Of a DNA stretch of 64,000 nt, positions 50,716 through 64,000 are shown piece by piece; within the stretch, counting starts at the first letter, position 1; the number at the start of each line of letters is the position of its first letter. The stretch is taken from assembly GCF_009914755.1 (NCBI RefSeq), contig NC_060931.1, one strand, 5' to 3'. Source of the stretch: the human T2T-CHM13v2.0 reference genome, Homo sapiens. The notes under the pieces are model-generated. The model made no database searches. It had not been told where the DNA came from and saw only the letters and a program-made list of their open reading frames with translations. Both the position numbers and the translations under genes were made by a program.

Positions 50716-51356
50716 AATCAATCTTTATTATTCATAGACTCTATATTTGTAATTTTGCCTACCAGCTACAATTGATCCGTAACCCCAAAATCAATATTTG
50801 TAGCACTTTGATGGTAATCTGTGAACATAAACAGAGTGGCCAAAAATTTGTCATTCTATGTTCATGTTCCCAGCTAAGGTCAAACAAGGCAATGCTCTGC
50901 CTTCTTGTCTCAGATCCCATACTATAAATAAGTATCTTTTTCGTGGTATACTTAGTGCTATGTTTTTTGCATTTTCGTTGGTGATGTTACAGTTTAAAAT
51001 GGCCCTCAACTATAATGCTGCAGTGCTGTCTAGTGTTCTTAAGCAAGACAAATGGCTGTGATATGCCTTATGGAGGAAATATGTGTGTTAAATTACCTTT
51101 ACTCAGGCATAAGTTTTAGTGCTATTGGACATGAGCTCAATGTTAATGAATCAGCAATATGTATCACAGGGTCTTTAAACAGAAACACACAGAAAATAAA
51201 GTTATGCATTGATCAGTTAGTGAAAATGTTGTGGCTAGAGGCTCACAAAAACCTAACTCTATATTTCCCCTAGGAACAATGGTTCAGGATTCACTAATTC
51301 AGTATTAGCAGCAACTTTACGGAACAAAACTACTGTGGATAATGAGAATTCACTGC
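50716..51356 (+). mobile_element. MER82-type (TcMar-Tigger) non-autonomous element
   Basis: GTAACCCCAAAATCAATA..GTTCCCAGCTAAGGTCAAACAAGGC..CTCTGCCTTCTTGT; ends GATAATGAGAATTCACTG. Confidence 0.75.
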
Positions 51357-52344
51357 GCCCGTTGTTTAAACAGTTAACAGCAGTCACTTTAGTGCCTTTT
51401 GTAGAGACAGAGCAGTAAGTACCATTTTTATTTCCTTTATGGTTTTAGTCTATTTAAGTAACCCACTGGGCCAATTTTAGCGACTCGTGTTTTCCTGCAA
51501 AGTGTCCATTTCATCAGCATATTCACATTTACTGGTGTTTCTTTTTATATTTTATTCCTCTGTGTATGATTCATTTTTGTTCCTTATCTTATTTGGGTGT
51601 CTCTTTTCCTTGATACTTGTCAATGTCTATCTTTATGTTTTCCTATGAGTATTTTCAAATAATGAGATTTTATTTTGTGATTATCTTTGCTGTTTTTATT
51701 TGCTTTCTGTTTTCTTAATATCGTCTCTTATCCTTATTGGCTCCTTTTTCTTTTTTAACTTTAAAGCTTAATCAATTTCAGTTCATTATTTCTTATTTTC
51801 TAAAATACTATATTTAAGACTTTAAATTTTCCCTTGAGTCTTTCTTTGGATGCATCTCATAAGATTTGATATGCATACCATGTTTTTGCTGCTGTTTAGT
51901 CCTAAATATTTTGCAGCTTATTTTGTTTCTTGAACCCAAGAGTTATTTGGAAATTTTTTCCAGGGTACAGATACTTTCTAAAATATTAATTTGTAGCTAA
52001 TGCAGTAAATTTTACAATTTTACTGTATTGTGGTCGGTGAATGTCACATATATGGAAAGCTATTGAAAACTGTGGATATTTCTTATTTATGCTAATATAT
52101 GGTTAATCATTGTGAATGAATCTGTATGTATTTGAAAAAATATACATTCTCTACTGTGAGGGGCACAAAGTTAAAGAGAAATCTATCAGGTCAATCTTGT
52201 TGATTATGTGATTGCAATCCTCCTCATTCTTACCTATCATTTGTTTTTCTAACTAGTCAATTTCTAAGGAAAGTGAAATAGAATTTCCTTTTACAATTGT
52301 GGATTTGTCAATTTATCCTTACAGTTCTATAATTTATTTATTTA

Positions 52345-52680
52345 TTGTCATGGATAAATAATTCTCAAAATATATAATTAATCCTTTTATAGTACACAAT
52401 TCAGAGACTTTCAGGATATTTAAGTAGATATGCAGTTCTAATTTCAGAATATTTCCACCTCAAATAAACCCCATTATCCATTAGTAGTCATTATCCTTTC
52501 TCTCCCCTCTCTGCAGACCCTGGCAACCAGTGATCCACTTCCTGTCTCTATAAACTTGCTTATTCTGGACATTTCATATAAATGGAGCAATACAATATGT
52601 GGACGCTGTCTGGCTTCTTTCACTTTGCATAAGGTTTTCAAAGTCCATCCATGTTGTAGCATGTTTCAGTATTTCATTCT
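52345..52680 (-). mobile_element. L1MB/MC-type 3' end
   Basis: CCCTGGCAACCAGTGATCCACTTCCTGTCTCTA..TTCTGGACATTTCATATAAATGGA. Confidence 0.75.
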
Positions 52681-52749
52681 TTTTTTTACATTTTAGGCTA
52701 GTGGAATAGTTGAATGGAAAAAGATAAGATTGATTTCTTTTTAACAAGA

Positions 52750-53700
52750 GTTTTTATTTTACTTTTAATTAAATTTTTAATTGACAAGTAAAAATTGTGT
52801 TTATGGTGTACAACATGATGTTTTGATACATGTATACATTGTAGAATGGACAAATCTCAAGCTATTTAACATACATGCATTACTTCCTATCCTTATTTTT
52901 TTACTATGAGGAAATTTAAAATCTACTGTTTTAGCAATTTTCAAGCATACAATACATTGCTATTAACAGTAATCAAGATGATATACGATAGATCTCTTGA
53001 ACTTATTACTCCTGTCTAATTGAAATTTTGTGTCCTTTGACCAACATTTCCCTAATCTCTCTACCCTCAACCTCTGGTAATCACCACTTTACTCTCTGTT
53101 TCTATGAGTTTGACTTTTTTAGATTCCACACATAAGCGAGATCATGCAATATTTGTCTTTCAATGACTGGCTTATTTCACTTAACGTAATGTCCTCCAGG
53201 TTCATCCATATTTTTGTAAATGACAGAATTTCATTTTTTAAAGGGTATGTAGTATTCCATTTTATACATATATGCCCCATTTTATCTGTTTGTTCATTTA
53301 TAGACATAGTTTCCATATCTTAGCTATTATGAATAATACTGCAATGAACATGAGAGTGCAGATGTCTGACTACTGATTTCATATCCTTTGGATATATACT
53401 CAGTAGTAGGATTGCTAGATCATATAGTAGTTCTATTTTTGATTCCTTGAGGAGCCTCCATACTTTGTTTCGGAATAGCTGTACTCATTTACATTCCCAC
53501 CAGCAATGTAAAAGTGTTCCTTTTTCTCTACGTCTTCACTAACACATTAACTTTTGTCTTTCTAATAATAACCATTATAATAGGTATGAGGTGATATCTC
53601 ATTGTGATTTCTGATTTTAATTTGCATTTCCCTGATGATTAGGGATGTTGAGCATTGTTTATATCCCTATTGGCCTGTTCTTTTTCTTCTTTTGAGAACT
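52750..53700 (-). mobile_element. L1MA-type 3' fragment
   Basis: TTTATGGTGTACAACATGATGTTTTGATA..TTTTAGATTCCACA; ORF2 C-terminal remnant (WMNLEDITLSEISQ). Confidence 0.82.
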
Positions 53701-54189
53701 TTATTCTTTTGAATTGAAGAATAATATTCCATTGTATAGATAGACCACATTCATATTAGACATATATATACACAACATATATATACAACATATATATGTT
53801 ATGCAACATATGTATACAACATACAATATATATACAAACATAAAAACACTGTACATATATACCTAAAGTATATGTATATTTGCGTCTGTATGTACACATA
53901 TACGTACACACACACAAAGAAACACATATTTTTACATTGTTTGCTTTAAATACTGATAGTTTTTGTCAGTGAGATCTGCTGGACATAACCTTCTTTTATT
54001 TCAAAATTACATTCACAAATTCGTGTGATCATAATTAAAAGTGATATATGCTAAAACCAAATGGTGCAATCACTTCAATATGTGTCAGACACAAAAATTG
54101 GGTAATTCTGGCACCTGTGTTTATAACTGCTAGTAAATAAAACTGCAGACAAAGTTTCCTACTAATTACATCTCATTGACTATAAAGTC

Positions 54190-54562
54190 TGATGTGGTTT
54201 GGCTCTGTCTCCACCCAAATCTCAGGTTGAATTGTGATCCCTAGTGTTGAAGGTGGGGCCTGGTGGGAGGTAATTGAATCATGGGGGTGGTTTCTAATCA
54301 TTTAGCACTACCCCGGAGTGCTGTCTCATGATAGAGTTTTCATGAGATCCACTTCCCTTTTTACTCTCTCTCTCCTGCCAGCTATGTGAAGATTGTGCCT
54401 GCTTCCTCTTTGCCTTCCACCATGATTGGAAGTTTCCTGAGACCTTCCCAGCAGCAGAAGCCTATACAGTCTGCAGAACTGTGAGCAGATTAAACCTCTT
54501 TTCTTAATAAATTACCCAGTCTCAGGTATGTTTTTATAGTAGTGGCAGAGCAAACTAATACA
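54190..54562 (+). mobile_element. MSTA/MSTB-type LTR
   Basis: TGATGTGGTTTGGCTCTGTC..CCCAAATCTCA..; ends CAAACTAATACA. Confidence 0.85.
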
Positions 54563-54659
54563 GAAAACACAATAAAGAAAGACTATGTATTAAATCATGT
54601 GATTATTCAACTATTTTTAATATGGAAAAGCCCAAAACTAAAATTTTTTTTCTAGGTGA

Positions 54660-57600
54660 AAATTATTTTATTTTTCCTTAGGTTATTGGGGTACAGGTGG
54701 TATTTGGTTACATGAGTAAGTTCTTTAGTGGTGATTTGTGAGATTTGGCTGCACCCAACACCCTAGCAGTGTACATTGCACCCTATTTGTAGTCTTTTAT
54801 CCCTTGCCCCCTCCCAACCTTCCCCGCAAGTCCCCAAAGTCCATTGTATCATTCTTATGCCTTTACATACTTTTCCATTCCTGAATTACATCACTTAGAA
54901 TAATAGTCTTCAATCTCATCCAGGTTGCTGCAAATGCTGTTAATTCATTCATTCCTTTTTATGACTGAGCAGTATTACATCATATATATATATATATATG
55001 CCACAGTTTCTTTTTTTATTATACTTTAAGTTCTGGGATACATGTGCAGAATGTACAAGTTTGTTACCCAGGTATACATGTGCCATGGTGGTTTGCTGCA
55101 CCCATCAACCCGTCATCTACATTAGATATTTCTTCTAATGCTATCCCCCTGCTTGCCCCCAACCCCACAACAGGCTCCAGTGTGTGATGTTCCCCTACCT
55201 GTGCCCATATATTCTCATTGTTAAACTCCCACTTATGAATGAGAACATGTGGTGTTTGGTCTTCTGTGCCTGTGTTAGTTTACTGAGAATGATGGTTTCC
55301 AGCTTCATCCATGTCCCTGCAAAGGACATGATCTCATCCTTTTTCATGGCTGCATAGTATTCCATGGTGTATATGTGCCACATTTTCTTTATCCAGTCTG
55401 TCAATGATGGGCATTTGGGTTGGTTCCAAGTCTTTGCTATTGTGAATAGTGCTGCAATAAACATATGCGTGCATGTGTCTTTATAGAAGAATGATTTATA
55501 ATCCTTTGGGTATATACCCAGTAATGGGATTGCTGGGTCAAATGGTATTTCTAGTTCTAGATCCTTGAGGAATTGCCACACTGTCTTCCACAATGGTTGA
55601 ACTAATTTACACTCCTACCAACAGTGTAAAAGTGTTCCTATTTCTCCACATCCTCTCCAGCATCTGTTGTTTCCTGACTTTTTAATGATGGCCATTCTAA
55701 CTGGTGTGAGATGGTATCTCATTGTGGTTTTGATTTGCATTTCTCTAATGACCAGTGATGATGAGCTTTTTTTCATATGTTTGCTGGCTGAATAAATGTC
55801 TTCTTTTAAAAAGTGTCTGTTCATATCCTTTGCCCACTTTTTGATGGGGTTGTTTTTTTTTTTTTCTTGTAAATTTGTTTAAGTTCATTGTAGATTCTGG
55901 ATATTAGCCTTTTGTCAGATGGAGAGATTGCAAAAATTTTCTCCCATTCTGTAAGTTACCTGTTCGTGGTGATGATAGTTTCTTTTGCTGTGCAGAAGCT
56001 TTTTAGGTTAATTAGATCCCATTTGTCAATCATGGCTTTTATCGCAATTGCTTTTGGTGTTTTAATCATGAAGTCTTTGCTTATGCCTATGTCCTGAATG
56101 GTATTGCCTAGGTTTTCTTCTAGGGTTTTTATGGTTTTGGGTCCTACATTTAAATCTTTAATCCATCTTGAGTTAATTTTTGTATAACGTGTAAGGAAGG
56201 GGTCCAGTTTCAGTTTTCTGCATATGGCTAGCTAGTTTTCCCAGTACCATTTATTAAATAGGGAATCCTTTCCCCATTGCTTGATTTTGTCAGTCTTGTC
56301 AAAGATCAGATGGTTGTAGATGTGTGGTGTTATTTCTGAGGCCTCTGTTATGTTCCATTGGTCTATATATCTGTTTTGGTACCAGTACCATGCTGTTTGG
56401 GTTACTGTAGCCTTGTAGTATAGTCTGAAGTCAGGTAGCGTGATGCTTCCAGCCTTGCTCTTTTTGCTTAGGAGTGTCTTGTCTATATGAGCTCTTTTTT
56501 GGTTCTATATGAAATTTAAAGTAGTTTTTTTGTAATTCTGTGAAGAAAGTCAATGGTAACTTGATGGGAATACCATTGAATCTATAAATTATTTTGGGCA
56601 GTATGGCCATTTTCATGATATTGATTCTTCCTATCCATGAGCATGGAATGTTTTTCCATTTGTTTGTGTCCTCTCTTATTTCCTTCAGCAGTGGCTTATA
56701 GTTCTCCCTGAAGAGGTCATTCATATCTTTTGTAAGTTATAGTCCTAGGTATTTTGTTCTCTTTGTAACAATTGTGAATGGGAGTTTGCTCATGATTTGG
56801 CTCTCTGTTTGTCTATAATTGGTGTATAGGAATGCTTGTGATTTTTGCACATTGATTTTGTGTCCTGAGACTTTGCTGAAGTTGCTTATCAGCTTAAGGA
56901 GTTTTGGGACTGATACAATGGGGTTTTGTAAATATACAATCATGTCATCTGCAAACAGAGATAATTTGATGTCATCTCTTCCTATTTGAATACGTTTATT
57001 TCATTCTCTTGCCTGATTGCCCTGGCCAGAATTTCCACTACTATATTGAATAGGAGTGGTGAGAGAGGGCATCCTTGTCTTGTGCTGGTTTTCAAAGGGA
57101 ATGCTTCCAGCTTTTGCCCATTCAGTATGATATTAGCTGTGGGTTTGTCATAAATAGCTCTTATTATTTTGAGATATGTTCCATCAACACCTAGTTTATT
57201 GAGTGTTTCTAGCATGAAGGGGTGTTGAATTTTATCAAAGGCCTTTTCTGCATATATTGAGAAAATCATGTGGTTTTTGTCATTGGTTCTGTTTACGTGA
57301 TGGATTACGTTTATTGATTTGCATATGTTGAACCAGCCTTGCATCCCTGGGATGAAGCCGACTTGATCGTGGTGGATAAGCTTCTTGATGTGCTGCTGAA
57401 TTTGGTTTCCCAGTATTTTATTGAGGATTTTCACATTGATGTTCATCAGGAATATTGGCCTGAAATTTTCTTTTTTTGTTGTGTCTCTGCCAGATGTTGG
57501 TATCAGGATGATGCTGGCCTCATAAAATGAGTTAGGGAGGATTCACTCTTTTTCTATTGTTTGGAATAGTTTCAGAATGAATGGTACCAGCTCCTCTTTG

Positions 57601-59622
57601 TACCTCTGGTAGAATTCAGCTGTGAATCCATCTGGTCCTGGGCTTTTTTTGGTTGGTAGGCTATTAATTACTGCCTCAATTTCAGAATTTGTTATTGGTC
57701 TATTCAGGAATTCGACTTCTTCCTGGCTTAGTCTTGGGTGGGTGTATGTATCAAGGAATTTATCCATTTCTTCTAAATTTTCTAGTTTATTTGCATAGAA
57801 GTGTTTATAGTATCCTCAGATGATAGTTTGTATTTCTGTATGCCACAGTTTCTTTATCCATTCATTGATTGATGAGCATTTGGGTTCGTTCCACAATTTT
57901 GCAATTGCAAATTGTGCTGCTATAAACATGCATGTGCAAGTATCTTTTTCATATAATGACTTCTTTTCCTCTGGGCAGATGCCTAGTAGTGAGATTGCTA
58001 CACCAAATGGTAGTTTTAGTTTTTTAAGGAATCTCCACACTGTTTTTCATAGTAGCTGTACTAGTTTACATTTCCACCAGCAGTGTAGAAATGTTCCCTG
58101 ACTACCGCATCCACACCAACATCTACTATGTTTTGATTTTTTGATTATGGCCATTCTTGCAGGAGCAAGATGATATTGCATTGTGGTTTTGATTTGCATT
58201 TTCCTGATCATTAGTGATGTTGAGCATTTTTTCATATGTTTGTTGGTCATTTGTGTATCTTTTTTTGAGAATTGTGTATTCATGTCCTTGGCACATTTTT
58301 TGATGGGATTGTTTGTTTTTTACTTGCTGATTTGTCTGAGTTCATTGTAGATTCTGGATATTAGTCCTTTGTCAGATGTATAGATTATAAAGATTTTCTC
58401 CAACTCTGTGGGTTTTCTGTTTACTCTGCTGACTGTTCCTTTTGCCATGCAAAAGCTCTTTAGTTTAATTAACTCAATTAAGTCCCGGCTATTTATTTTT
58501 GTTTTTATTGCATTTGCTTTGGGTTCTTAGTCATATACTCCTTCCCTAAGCCAATGTCTAGAAGGATTTTTACAATGTTATCTTCTAGAATTTTTATAGT
58601 TTCAGGTCTTAGATTTAAGTCCTTAATTCATCTGGAGTTGATTTTTACATAAGGTGAGAGATGCAGATCCAGTTTATTCTCCTACATGTGGCTAGCGAAT
58701 TATCCCAGCACCATTTGTTGAAAAGGGTGTCCTTTCCCCACTTTATGTTTTTGTTTGTTTTGTTGAAGATCAGTTGGCTATAAGTATTTGGGTTTATTTC
58801 TGGGTTCTCTATTCTGTTCCATTGGTCTATGTGCCTATTTTTATACCAGTACCATGCTGTTTTGGTGACTATCGCCTTATAGTATAGTTTGAAATCAGGT
58901 AGTGTGATGCCTCCAGATTTGTTCTTTTTGCTTTGTCTTGCTTTGGCTATTCAGGCTCTTTTTTGGTTCCATATACATTTTAGAATTTTGTTGAATTCTA
59001 TGAAGAACGATGGTGGCATTTTGATGAGAATAGTGTTGAATTTGTAGATTACATTTGTTAGTGTGGTCATTTTCACAATATTGATTCTACTCATCCATGA
59101 ACATGGGATGTGTTTCCATTTGTTTGTGTCATCTATGATTTCTTTCAGCAGTGTTTTGTAATTTTCCTTATAGAGGTCTTTCACAAACTTGGCTAGGTAT
59201 ATTCCTAATTATTTTATTTTATTTTTTGGCAGCTATTATAAAATGGGTTGAGTTCTTGATTTGATTCTCTGCTTGGTCGTTGTTGGTGTATAGAAGAGCT
59301 ACTGATTTGTGCACATAAATTTTGTATCCTGAAACTGCTGAAATCTTTTATCAGTTCTAGGAGCTTTCTGGAGAAGTCTTTAGGGTTTTTGAGGTAAACG
59401 ATCATATCATCAGCAAACAGTGACAGCTTGACTTCCTTTTTATCTAACTAGATGCTCTTTATTTCCTTCTCTTGTCTGATTGCTCTGGCTAGGACTTCCA
59501 GTTCTAGGTTGAAGAGAAGTGATGACAGTGGGCATCCTTGTCTTGTTCCAGTTCTCAGAGGGAATGCTTTCATCTTTTCCCCATTCAGTATTTTTTTGGC
59601 TATGGGTTTGTCACAGATGGCC
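54660..59622 (-). mobile_element. L1PB1-type fragment, split by a younger L1
   Basis: L1PB1 3' UTR at 54660-55013; resumes at 57839 with ORF2 C-terminal and RT pieces. Confidence 0.87.
55014..57838 (-). mobile_element. 5'-truncated L1PA7-type element
   Basis: 3' UTR TCTGGGATACATGTGCAGAA..CACCCATCAACCCGTCATCTACATTAG; ORF2 pieces; 17-bp TSD TATGCCACAGTTTCTTT at 54997-55013 and 57839-57855. Confidence 0.92.
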
Positions 59623-59649
59623 TTGAAGTTTCTCTAAAAATGAAAAAAC

Positions 59650-59850
59650 TCTGTCCCAAGACTGCAGCATTAGATCTTACCTAACAGTTTGCAGCCTTCC
59701 ATTATACCCTATAGATTTTGGACTTGCCAGTCTCCAAAATTACATGTCAATTCCTTGAAATAAACCTCTAATTACACACACATGTGAGTATATACATATA
59801 TGAGTATCTCCTACTGATTTTGTTCCTCTGGGAAACCCTGATGAACATAC
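59650..59850 (+). mobile_element. MLT2-type (ERVL) LTR 3' part
   Basis: AGATTTTGGACTTGCCAG..CAATTCCTTGAAATAAA..CTCCTACTGATTTTGTTCCTCTGGGAAACCCTGA. Confidence 0.7.
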
Positions 59851-60181
59851 TAACCTACTTCCTGACACAAGTTGCTCTAGCACCAAACTGAACATGAAGC
59901 ATCTCAAAAGGTCTTGAAATGGTGCTGTTCTCCACCAGAAGATAGGCTTCACTGTTTGAAAATTTCCCTGTCCATCTGGTGATTCTATCCTTACCCCTTT
60001 ACATAAGGGGTTGCCAAGCCCTACCTGTATGATGCTTTGCCCTTCATTAGGTTCCTCCCACCTCTAACACCCAGAGGTGGTCACTTCCTCTGAGGCAATT
60101 AATAACTTACTTTTTCTTTTGTCATAGCTCTATCTATATTTTACAGTAAAATTTGAAATTCAGTTTCCTATGCTCTGTTTT

Positions 60182-60519
<338 letters not shown>

Positions 60520-60849
60520 CCTATGCTCTGTTTTTGAAAGTAAAAGAGAATTTTGGAATTTAGAAACCCATTTTCTCTCCCACAAAATCCTGACCATGTA
60601 GTATTTTCTTACTAGAGATTCAGAAATCATAATTTGAGACTAGCAGTGACTTTATTGTTCTAGAAGACATATTTTCTAGTCCTGAAGCGCATAAGCTTAT
60701 TGATCCAATAGAAGGGAAATCACATGGCATAACGATTTTAAGTGAATTAAAAAAATCTTGACATTAAAAAATACCAAATTGATTCTGATAGATTGAATTT
60801 CCTTATGATCCAGTTGGCCTAACTTCATTCAGTGGCTTATCGTCACCAG

Positions 60850-61319
60850 TTATAGTAAATTATATTATTTGTTCACCATTCTTTCTTCTCTCTTCAGCCC
60901 AGACACATATTTTAGCAGGGACACTTTCCAATGTCACTGGCTTAGTTTGACAAGGTGACTTGCTTCGGCTAATGGAATTTTAAAGAACATAATGTGAACC
61001 ACATTCAATCAGAGGCTTTAAATGTTTATATATGGTTTGGTTTGCCCTCTTGCATTCTGTCCCGAAGAGATATTGTTCCAGGGAACCACAGCCTCTTCAA
61101 TCCAAGTCCCAAAATGAGGAGACATATGAAACAGACCTAAATGCAGTCTGTATCCTCGTGCCAAGTCTAGCCAAATCTAGCCCAGCCAAGTCCAGCTGTG
61201 CCATACCCAATTCATGGGCCTGAGAGCAAACAAATAAGTTTCGTTTGTATAAGTCAACTGAGATTTGGGAGGTGGTTTTTTTTACACAGCATTATTGAAG
61301 CAAACAGCTGACTAATACA
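60850..61319 (+). mobile_element. Old MLT1 (H/I/J-type) LTR
   Basis: Ends CACAGCATTATTGAAGCAAACAGCTGACTAATACA. Confidence 0.65.
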
Positions 61320-61519
61320 GCAGTTTTATAGTAAATTAGTCTTGCATGCTCTATATTTTACATGGTTCACAGCAGTTTTAATTCAAATTATATATCTGTG
61401 CAGTTCAACCAAGTATCTGTATGAATTAACAACATAAAATAGTATGAATTAACAACATAAAATAATTTGTAGTATGTAGTTTTTTCAACCACACTTGGAT
61501 GAATGCAGTGGAAATATAT

Positions 61520-61870
61520 CTGTGTCTTATTCTATTTCTGCTGTTATAACAAAACACCACAGACTGGGTAATTTATAAACAATGAAAACTTATTTTTTCA
61601 CAGTTCTGGAGACTGGCAAGTCCAAGATCAAGGTCCTGATTGATTTAGTGTCTGGTAAAGACACTCTCTGCTTCAAGATGGCACCTCTTACTGCATCTTC
61701 ACATGGTAGAAGAGGCAATTAAGGGGAACAGCACTGTGCCCTCACATGGCAAAAGATAAGGAAGGGTCAGGAAGCTCTCTGAAACTTTTTTTAGCCCTCA
61801 TGACTTGATCACTTTTTCAGAGGCCTCACCTCTTCACATTATGACCTTGGAGTTTAAGTTTCAGCATATA
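61520..61870 (-). mobile_element. MSTC/MSTD/MLT1A-type LTR
   Basis: ATAACAAAACACCACAGACTGGGTAATTTATAAACAA..CACAGTTCTGGAGACTGG.AAGTCCAAGATCAAGG. Confidence 0.78.
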
Positions 61871-62672
61871 AAAGCAATCTGCATCTTTCCATTAGGTCAG
61901 AAATATTACAATTGTTTTTCACCAGCAGGCCAGGAAACTAGCAAGGTCTTCATACATGCAAGGCCTTCTACTTCACCTTGGAGTATAGCCATTCTTGACA
62001 GGCTTTATGTTGGCCAAAAATAACATACTATCCAGTGGGAAGATAAGTACAACAACTTCCTCATGACCAGCTGTTCACTTATGCAACTGCAGCACAAGCG
62101 CAGCCTCCTATCAATGTGATAAAAGAATAAACTAGGGACAAATTTTGGTATTCACATATTACCACAGATGTCTATCTCCTCTATCTTATGTTGACATCCG
62201 TGATGGCCTTTCTGAATAACTCAGGGCATCAGAGGGTTGCTCTCTCCTGCAAGCCAAGATAACGTTGGCAAACACATCTGTATAATGTGTGCACTGGGCA
62301 CATTTCCTTGTTGAATTATTCAATTAAATCTGATAATGAGAGCACATTGACATAGTTAAACACTCAGGTGAATAAAAGATTCACTTTGAAGTGCAGAAAT
62401 TTCTGGAGTCATCTGTATGTTAACAAGTGATGATACTCGCTACCACCATCCAGGGAGGGAGAAACTTTAGAAAAGGTAAGCTACAGTTGGGCATGCTGGA
62501 GGCTTTTTCTGGCATGATTTCAAGGAGATGAAAGGTGGAGGCAGTTTCCAGTGTTCATTTGAGCCATTGATCTTTTTAGAATAAATGAATTGAATTTTAA
62601 GAGACAGAAAAATACGACTCAGTTCATAAGTGAATCTTATTCTCCTGAACTCTAATGGGACATAGAAAGATG

Positions 62673-62786
62673 AACACTAGCATAGATATCAACACATCTG
62701 ATATCTATCTTCCCTCTGCAAAGCCCTTCAACACTAGCATAGATATCAACACATCTGATATCTATCTTCCCTCTGCAAAGCCCTTC
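62673..62786. repeat. Perfect 57-bp tandem duplication
   Basis: 62673-62729 is identical to 62730-62786. Confidence 0.95.
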
Positions 62787-63349
62787 AAGCACAAACTTAC
62801 AAAAACTTCAGATTTTCTCATCTCGATTCTCACCCTGTAAAATGGGAGAGTTTGGCTGGTCCCACATAATTACCATGGTACCTATTACAAAGTCCCCATA
62901 GAACTTTTTGCAAATAAAAGGGCCCCATCCATAAATGCAAATCTGGGCAGTAGCTGTTATTTAACTATGATGTTTACATTGTGAAACATCTGCCAGTCAC
63001 ACTGGCTGTCTTTAAAGCAGGGCAGCATCACTAACAGTGGTTTGGGACTTGAAAATGCTAGCTTGTATTTTCATTAGTTTGCCTCGTCTCTCCAACTACT
63101 CTGTATGCTTCTTACAAATAAAAAACATCTCTTAGTTCTTTTTTAACCTTCATTACTTAGCATAATACAGAAGGCACAAAGCTCATCAATAATTATAAAA
63201 TGAAAGTAGTTAATAGCTGACATTTATTGATCCTCTTCCATGTTCCAGACCCTGCATCAGTCATGTTATATACACTGTCTCTAACTAATATAATTGTACA
63301 ATAACCCCAAAAGAAAATATTATCCCAATTTAACAGATCAAGAAATGGA

Positions 63350-63960
63350 GGGTTCTAGCTGGTGCTGTAAGGCAAGAAAATAAAACCAAAAGGGATAAAA
63401 ATTAAAAAGGAAGAGCCAAAATTACCAGTATTTATAGATATTTGGTTTTATACATTAAAAAATTTAAATAATCTACAGTTACATTATTAGAATTAAAAAG
63501 ATAGCTGTGCAGGTTTTCAAGATAAAAAAAGCAATATACAAAAATCAGTTTTATTTCTGAATGACAAAATATAAAGAGCAAAAGTTAAATAAAGAGAGAA
63601 TTTATAATATTAAAAAATATGAAGTACCAAGGAAAAGATCTGCCAAAAGACATGCCAGACTTCTACAAAGATAATTATAAAACTTCATTAGAAAAAGACA
63701 AAGACCTCAATAAATAATTGATAAATATTCTGTGTTTGTGATTAGAAGACCCAATATTATAAAGAAGTACATTCTCTTCACATTGATCTGTAAATTTAAG
63801 GCAATCCCAATCAAAGTCCCAGCAGGATTTTTGTTAGAACTTAAAAATCTCTTTCTAAAATTTAAATGGAATGACAAAGGGCAGAGAAGACCTACACCAC
63901 CACTCTTGAAGAACAAGCTGGGAGAATTGCTGTATTGGAATTCAAGATTCCTATATTGTA
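63350..63960 (+). mobile_element. Old L1M ORF2 (RT region) fragment
   Basis: LICKFKAIPIKVPAGF..LFLKFKWN resembles L1 ORF2 ([10 protein letters not shown]). Confidence 0.75.
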
Positions 63961-64000
63961 TTTCCTGACCTATGCAATGACTGCTCAGGTATTTAAAATA

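Noticed and set aside
62655-62840. Repeat-containing peptide (NTSIDINTSDIYLPSAKPF x2)
   Set aside because: It arises only because the 57-bp duplication is a multiple of three; there is no coding evidence.

Overview
Primate (human/great-ape type) nuclear DNA made mostly of transposable-element remnants. I see no recognisable host protein-coding gene, RNA gene or prokaryotic-type system, and nearly all ORF-track entries are TE pieces or noise. The main elements are: (1) a minus-strand HERV9/LTR12-type provirus (5339-14762) with decayed gag, pro-pol and env, inserted with a GCAC target-site duplication (TSD) into an AluSc that itself sits in an old L1M; (2) a full-length ~6.15-kb L1PA3-type LINE-1 (34553-40697, minus) inside a FLAM; (3) a near full-length Tigger4-type DNA transposon (44003-48380) split by a 5'-inverted L1PA3-type copy; (4) an L1PB1 split by an L1PA7-type copy; plus many MaLR/ERVL LTRs, Alus, MIRs and L2. 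The observations most worth checking are: the provirus 3' LTR has collapsed to 19 bp with both termini and the TSD intact; its env looks chimeric (HERV-H-like ectodomain, HERV-W/ERV9-like tail); two L1s ~11.5 kb apart share apparently private substitutions; and a 58-bp Alu stub with a pure A49 tail may be a polymorphic insertion. Subfamily names come from remembered consensus sequences and need RepeatMasker/Dfam confirmation.
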